Positions 59,057-64,000 of a DNA stretch of 64,000 nucleotides are shown here, one piece after another. Location of the stretch: the IMG/VR virus record IMGVR_UViG_3300028833_000110, positions 1 to 64,000 of that record. The stretch is one strand, 5' to 3'. This DNA is from a virus (Duplodnaviria; Caudoviricetes). The number at the start of each line of letters is the position of its first letter. Position 1 is the first letter of the stretch. The notes beneath the pieces are model-generated. The model worked only from the letters and a program-made list of their open reading frames with translations, searched no databases and was not told where the DNA came from. Both the position numbers and the translations under genes were made by a program.

Positions 59057-59738
59057 TGAGATTTTCTACACTCACTGCCACTAACCCCCTTTCTCCCTTC
59101 TCTATACATCCTGGACAAGTTAATTCAAGGGGTTCTAGTCTATCATAGTAAATATCACGAAGAGCCATAAGAAGGGTTATATCTTCGTGAACAGCCCCTA
59201 ATACATCCTGCTCAATCTGGTTTCCATCAAGATCAAAATTCTTCATCAATGCTATAGTTTTGATCATTTTAAGGTCTGTAATTTTTCTATATTTTAAGTA
59301 TTTTTCAAAGACCTTAAGAAAATCAGAAACCGTAGGAATAGTGACATCATATTTATGCCCCGACAACTCTATAACAGCCCCATTCATTATTTTATCATCA
59401 ATTTGCTTAAAATGTATGTCGGTTTCTAGATTAATTTTCTTTCTTATCTTAGTACCACATTCAGGACAAGTTATGGAAAGATCATAAGTTAGGTCCCCGG
59501 AAACAGTACAAAGCTTCTTATAAAAAATTAAGAAGTCAACATCCATTACATAACAGTTAAGAACATTTTTATCTTCCTTAATTAATAATTTTATATCAAA
59601 TAAGTATTTTTCTAGGGGATCTTTGGGTACATTCTCTAGGTATTGTGTTAGCTCTAAAAACGTCATAGGGCTAACAGATAAAGAGGGAAAATCATAACCA
59701 TATCCCCCACTAGGTAATTGCGAAGTTAATACTATCAT
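58989..59738 (-). CDS. Baseplate hub assembly protein (T4 gp26-like)
   Basis: LPSGG..Y...PMT..E...D.DFL...CPECG...PTV.D...CPGC pattern. Confidence 0.6.
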   Translation of the reverse strand: MIVLTSQLPSGGYGYDFPSLSVSPMTFLELTQYLENVPKDPLEKYLFDIKLLIKEDKNVLNCYVMDVDFLIFYKKLCTVSGDLTYDLSITCPECGTKIRKKINLETDIHFKQIDDKIMNGAVIELSGHKYDVTIPTVSDFLKVFEKYLKYRKITDLKMIKTIALMKNFDLDGNQIEQDVLGAVHEDITLLMALRDIYYDRLEPLELTCPGCIEKGERGLVAVSVENLIVDFFRDLYNNCPIDGSKILFK

Positions 59739-59767
59739 ATTTTTATTCCATTTTTAAGTTATATTAG

Positions 59768-59812
59768 TTCCCAGAGTGTAATTGAATACTACCTCAGTTT
59801 AGGCTCTGGGAA
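59768..59812 (-). ncRNA. Three-way-junction motif A, copy 4
   Basis: UUCCCAGAG-CCU..AGG-UAGUAUUCAAUUACA-CUCUGGGAA. Confidence 0.6.
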
Positions 59813-59825
59813 ATTATAGGGTTAT

Positions 59826-60434
59826 TTATTTCTTTTTACCATATTTTTTAGCATACTCTTCTTCAGACATATCACCCTCAACAACTTTAATCATGTCTCT
59901 ATTCTTTTCAAATCTCTTAGCTGCCTTTGAGTTGGGATGTTTCTCTACATGGTTGCTCTCAAGATGAGCAATACCACCCCCAAGTCCAGCGGCTCCGGCA
60001 CCTATAGCAGTACCAATAGCGGCTGACTTCAATCGGCTATTACTAGGGAATCTTGTCACACCTCCATAAAGCCCCAATGTAGCAGCACTAGCGGGAAGGT
60101 GACGTTTCATTTGTTCGTTGATCCCTTCTTTTCTCACATCAGGATCCTCACTATTACGTTTTTTATAAGAATCGTAGGTAAAATATCCAGTGTGTCCTTT
60201 TTGATGTGATTTATCCCAAGATTTGATTTCCTGTCTATCTCCCCATTTTACTCCCAACTCCTTAAGTCTTTTATCTCTTTCTTTTCTCCTTTTCCTATCT
60301 TCTTTACCAAACTCCTTTTGTGCATATTCATAGCCATCACAAAAAGCTCTTTCAAGTAATTCATCTAATTCATCATTACCAGTACTATATAATCTTTCTT
60401 CCTGATAATTACTGTATAATCTTTCTATTTTCAT
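59826..60434 (-). CDS. Acidic-leader/cationic-core protein with glycine zipper
   Basis: Leader nearly identical to that of 14685..15095, including the upstream DNA. Confidence 0.7.
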   Translation of the reverse strand: MKIERLYSNYQEERLYSTGNDELDELLERAFCDGYEYAQKEFGKEDRKRRKERDKRLKELGVKWGDRQEIKSWDKSHQKGHTGYFTYDSYKKRNSEDPDVRKEGINEQMKRHLPASAATLGLYGGVTRFPSNSRLKSAAIGTAIGAGAAGLGGGIAHLESNHVEKHPNSKAAKRFEKNRDMIKVVEGDMSEEEYAKKYGKKK

Positions 60435-60522
60435 TTATTTCTCGTTGCTATAGGAGAAATTGTTTTTATCTTATCACCCCCCCCCTATAGCTTTGTTTTT
60501 ATAAAGGGGAGATAATATTGTT

Positions 60523-61560
60523 TTAGTTATTTTTATTTTGCTCTTCCATCACTTTTTTCAGAGCTTCATTTTCTCTCTTTTTTCTTTTTGCAGCTAATCT
60601 TTTATAAGCTACCTTTGTTCCTATAGAAGTAGCTGCAAGTGGGATGGCTGCGGCGGCTATTTTTGGACCATTCTTCAGGTGTTTTAGATATTTAATCTCA
60701 GATTTCGGAAGTTCCCCTTCATAATACTTCAGGGCTTCTTTACTCATCTTCTGAGCTTTTTCACTCATCTTATCTCGATAATTCTCGAATTCTTTTGAGG
60801 TCCATTTTTCCATAAGATCTTCAGTACTTATTTTGGGATAACGCTCTTTCAATATCTCTTTTTCTGATTTTATTATATTTCGGACAGGAATAACAGCAGA
60901 ACCTATGGCTCCTATTTTTGTTCCATACGAAATCCCACGTAAAGCCTTTTCCTTTTTTTCTTCCTTATCGTAATTATAATTATTATCTTTCTCTTTTTTC
61001 GAATTTGTTAGCTTCTTAAGACCTCCATAAATAGTACCGGCGGCTAATGAACCTATGGCTAAATTTTTCCTAAACTTTTTATTGGATTTTAATTTATCCT
61101 CTAATTTCTTCTTTTCTTTCTCAACTATTTCTCCAGTTTTTTGTTTCCCAGTTCTGTACTTAGATAAGGCCTCGTCTTTTATTCTTTTTATTTCCTCATT
61201 TTCTACTTTGGTATCACCACCATTAGATTTTATTTTTGAGGACTTTAAAAAATCTGTAACGCTATCTGGTAGATCTCCAGTCATTATTCGTGCCTCTTGA
61301 ATTTTAGCTCTTCGATGTGGTATAAGTTTTTCTTTGACATATTCATCAAAGTTATCTTTCGCTCGTTTTACTTTTTCATTAGAGACTTTTTTGCTCTTAC
61401 GGTCATCTATGCGACTAATTGCTTGAGATGTCCCAATTCCACTAAGAGCTACAACTCCACCACCAATAAGAGCTGATCTGTCTTTCTTATCTTTCTTTTC
61501 TTTATCAGAAAAGCTTTTAGTTCTTAGTATTTTCATAATTTTAATATAATTTTTATGCAC
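60523..61560 (-). CDS. Leader-bearing Lys-rich protein with four hydrophobic helices
   Basis: Likely starts at MKILRTKSFS (9th codon of the called ORF). Confidence 0.6.
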   Translation of the reverse strand: MHKNYIKIMKILRTKSFSDKEKKDKKDRSALIGGGVVALSGIGTSQAISRIDDRKSKKVSNEKVKRAKDNFDEYVKEKLIPHRRAKIQEARIMTGDLPDSVTDFLKSSKIKSNGGDTKVENEEIKRIKDEALSKYRTGKQKTGEIVEKEKKKLEDKLKSNKKFRKNLAIGSLAAGTIYGGLKKLTNSKKEKDNNYNYDKEEKKEKALRGISYGTKIGAIGSAVIPVRNIIKSEKEILKERYPKISTEDLMEKWTSKEFENYRDKMSEKAQKMSKEALKYYEGELPKSEIKYLKHLKNGPKIAAAAIPLAATSIGTKVAYKRLAAKRKKRENEALKKVMEEQNKNN

Positions 61561-62365
61561 CCTGAGTTAAGTGTCTGGTACTAGTTCCTCCGGGAAGGGC
61601 TATTCTTCTGGAAGCTCTTGCTAGTGTATTGGCCCTACTAACATGTTTATAGGAACCCAAAGATGTTTTATAAAATCTTTTCGCATCCCTCAGTTCCTCT
61701 CTACTAGCTCCAGATCTCCTTAATAGTTTGAGACCTTTTCTTGATGCATTACCTTCTTCTAATATTGTTAACAGACTTTTTGGAATAGATCTCTCTCCTA
61801 CTGGAGTCATATTATGATAAAGAGTACCTTCATTCATTGTATTTCTCGATATTCTCCCCGATAAACCAGGACGATTACTCATGGCCCTATTACTATTCAA
61901 AGCATGCCCCGACTCATGAGCAACTACAGCAGCTGGGGGATTCACAGGGACAAGTATAGTATTCTTTCTATTTTTTGAATTAGTAGCTAATTTATTCTTT
62001 ACTTCCTCAGGTATTGTAGGATTATTTTGAAAAAACTCTACAAACGTATTAGCCTGTTTAGGGCTATAAAAGGATCCACCACCAGTTAATTCGGGGGTTT
62101 TAACAATATCTATGTTATTATTTTTTGCGAAATCCTCTAATTTTCCTAGTACTTTAGTATTGGTTGGTGTTTCATTATACCAGGTATTACTTAAATATGT
62201 TTTCTGCATTCCCTTATTGGCCTGATTTTCTGCAGACTTTCTTAGTCGATTAGAAACATTTACTCTAGTTCGACCTATATTTTTCCTTAAAGTCCTCTTT
62301 ATTCCTGAATGTTTAATATCGCTTATAATATTAAACTCTTTCTGTTTTTGTCGTAGTATTTTCAT
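61553..62365 (-). CDS. Leader-bearing HExxH metallopeptidase
   Basis: MKILRQKQKEFN; VAHESGH...EEGNASRKG...SLGSY. Confidence 0.7.
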   Translation of the reverse strand: MKILRQKQKEFNIISDIKHSGIKRTLRKNIGRTRVNVSNRLRKSAENQANKGMQKTYLSNTWYNETPTNTKVLGKLEDFAKNNNIDIVKTPELTGGGSFYSPKQANTFVEFFQNNPTIPEEVKNKLATNSKNRKNTILVPVNPPAAVVAHESGHALNSNRAMSNRPGLSGRISRNTMNEGTLYHNMTPVGERSIPKSLLTILEEGNASRKGLKLLRRSGASREELRDAKRFYKTSLGSYKHVSRANTLARASRRIALPGGTSTRHLTQGA

Positions 62366-63030
62366 TAGTTTATTTTTTGTAGTTCGTATCTTTGTGTTTT
62401 TATTAACAGTTCTACTTCTTTTATCCCCCTTGTATCACCCTCTTTTTGTAAGACATTTATGGTCTCGATGTTCTCTGATTCCATAGTTTTTATAAGTTCG
62501 GGTTTAAGTTGAGACCAGCTATTGAATTTTTTATTTCCCCTTCCAAATATAAAATATTTCTTTTCTAAGTTCCAAGAAACTTCACAATATCCTTGAGGAT
62601 CACTAAATAATGTTACTATATTAGACTCCCTATATTCAACTATATCTTTTGGGGTACTTGGATAAAGAACTACATACTCATCGCCATCGCCCCAAGTAGG
62701 AACCTTTACCTTCTTAAATGCTTCTACCCATTTAAAGTACTGAGGTGGTAATTGTGGTTTAATGTTTTCGAATTCTAATAATATTTCTCCACTCTTTCTA
62801 TTAGCTTCTTTATTCAGGGCTTGTTGTTTTCTATTTTTACTAATTCCATAATATGCTCCTAATCCAGCTCCAGCAACAGCACCAATTCCAGCACCTATTA
62901 ATGCTTTCTTTGGATTACCACCTATAGCACCAGTACCTATTCCTCCAAGAAATCCTCCTACAAGGGCACCATCCCTTACTTCCTTTAATACCTCTTTAGT
63001 ACTATATTCTTTTTGTCGTAATATTTTCAT
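62365..63030 (-). CDS. Leader-bearing glycine-zipper protein with possible SMI1/KNR4-like C-terminus
   Basis: MKILRQKEYS; GALVGGFLGG...GAGIGAVAGAGLG; QLPPQYFKW. Confidence 0.55.
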   Translation of the reverse strand: MKILRQKEYSTKEVLKEVRDGALVGGFLGGIGTGAIGGNPKKALIGAGIGAVAGAGLGAYYGISKNRKQQALNKEANRKSGEILLEFENIKPQLPPQYFKWVEAFKKVKVPTWGDGDEYVVLYPSTPKDIVEYRESNIVTLFSDPQGYCEVSWNLEKKYFIFGRGNKKFNSWSQLKPELIKTMESENIETINVLQKEGDTRGIKEVELLIKTQRYELQKIN

Positions 63031-63569
63031 TTTTCTAGTTTCTTCATTATATCGAGGAATTTTTGTTTGGCTTCTTCTACTATTTTTAACATATCCTCTT
63101 CTGTTTTCTTATTATGTGAAGGCTCTGTTATTATATCTTCAGGGTTTACTACAGGTTTTCCGGAGATAACACACCCCAAAACATAACTACATGCCTCATC
63201 TTTATAATTCCATGCACTTAGACAATCATAGTATCCGGTTATATAAGATTCTCCTAGGTTTTTCTGATAAACTAGGATCTTCTTCGTATAATTTTCTAAC
63301 TCTATTAATAATTTTTCCTCTACTGTAAATTGGTGTTTAATATCTTTAAATGGGGGTATAAAATCATTAAATCCCGGCAAACCTATCTCTTGTCTTTTGT
63401 TATTAATGAGCCTTAGTATTTTTAAGCAGTCATTAAATCCATGTTCATAGAGCTCAGTATTAATTTTAGTTTGGGTGGGGTTTTCTAAAATATCATAAAC
63501 CTCACCACTATTATCAGCGTACTTATCTAGATCACCGTTTAACCAAGATTGTAATATTTTTTGTTCCAT
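63027..63569 (-). CDS. Hypothetical protein
   Basis: ORF track. Confidence 0.5.
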   Translation of the reverse strand: MEQKILQSWLNGDLDKYADNSGEVYDILENPTQTKINTELYEHGFNDCLKILRLINNKRQEIGLPGFNDFIPPFKDIKHQFTVEEKLLIELENYTKKILVYQKNLGESYITGYYDCLSAWNYKDEACSYVLGCVISGKPVVNPEDIITEPSHNKKTEEDMLKIVEEAKQKFLDIMKKLEK

Positions 63570-63596
63570 ATTAATTGTTTGTTTTATTTTTGTTTA

Positions 63597-63803
63597 TTAA
63601 AAGTGTAGTGGTTTTCTTATTAGTTTTGTCGAAGCTCTTTTAATATTTAATTTAGGCATCTTCGACTCTATAAAACTATCTGTTTGCTTGCTAAAATTTA
63701 GTTTAGCCTGTAATTGTTTTTCTGACCAATGCGGATATTTCTTTTTATAGTATTCATAGTCAGATGCGTCAATACTATAGTTTTTTTCTCTAATTATTTT
63801 CAT
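63597..63803 (-). CDS. Small leader-bearing protein
   Basis: MKIIREKNYS. Confidence 0.6.
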   Translation of the reverse strand: MKIIREKNYSIDASDYEYYKKKYPHWSEKQLQAKLNFSKQTDSFIESKMPKLNIKRASTKLIRKPLHF

Positions 63804-63806
63804 AGT

Positions 63807-64000
63807 TTATTTTCTACTTTTTTTATAAATAGGGAATTTATTATACATATCATAATTAATATCTCTAACCCCAGCATTTAGGTAGGTTTGAAAGGCATCA
63901 TTTAAATACCCTTCACCTCTTTCTGCATAAGTTGGTGTTATCTCCCCTTTCTTAACCGCTAAATTATGAATAGCATTGGCCTGTGAACTAGCATAATTTT
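63807..64000 (-). CDS. C-terminal fragment of a probable fourth metallopeptidase paralog
   Basis: Read by hand: xNYASSQANAI...AFQTYLNAG...*, matching the ExxAS...A(W/L)xxY C-termini of 43526, 47026 and 61553. Confidence 0.45.
   Translation of the reverse strand, partial: NYASSQANAIHNLAVKKGEITPTYAERGEGYLNDAFQTYLNAGVRDINYDMYNKFPIYKKSRK

Noticed and set aside
13694-59812. Repeated GTGTAATCGAATACTAC as a CRISPR repeat
   Set aside because: Copies are dispersed rather than regularly spaced, sit inside covarying stems, and there are no cas genes.
235-63803. Shared leader as a Sec/Tat signal or double-glycine bacteriocin leader
   Set aside because: No hydrophobic h-region follows directly, there is no twin-Arg consensus or GG cleavage site, no transporter is encoded, and the same motif occurs in capsid and scaffold proteins.
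1-64000. Alternative genetic code (TAG or TGA recoding), as seen in some gut jumbo phages
   Set aside because: Standard-code ORFs tile the window densely, TAG and TGA serve as real stops, there is no suppressor tRNA, and the terL breaks are explained by introns.

Overview
64 kb segment of a large, AT-rich, lytic-looking myovirus genome, probably infecting Bacteroidota (no Shine-Dalgarno motifs, A-rich initiation regions, TAnnT(A/T)TG-like promoter cores). Standard genetic code. Minus-strand late module at 1-19.1 kb: tail sheath N-terminus, major capsid protein, acidic scaffold, putative prohead protease, homing endonuclease, portal. A repeat-rich divergent intergenic region (candidate origin) and an SF2 helicase-like gene follow, then a plus-strand early region of small paralogous genes and tRNAs (19.8-37.6 kb). 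The second minus-strand arm carries NADAR, HAD, IMPDH/GMPR-like, endolysin, BspA-like LRR, terminase, a second homing endonuclease and baseplate hub genes. Main observations: (1) about 30 small, mostly cationic or glycine-zipper proteins share an N-terminal M-K/I-I-L-R-x-K-x-(F/Y)-(S/A/T) leader. Its [KR]-x-[FY]-[SAT] end recurs throughout the scaffold, protease and capsid protein, suggesting a large capsid-targeting and protease-maturation system for virion cargo, including HExxH peptidases and leader/variable-core cassettes. (2) The terminase is split, in Walker A and just before Walker B, by two miniature group I introns of 149 nt each, both with intact P1/P10 guide pairings. (3) A covarying three-way-junction motif occurs four times between late genes. 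(4) The tRNA cluster holds a tRNA-like RNA with a 58-nt insert in place of the anticodon loop and a Tyr-like tRNA with a GCA anticodon. All functional calls come from motif recognition only; no database searches were run.
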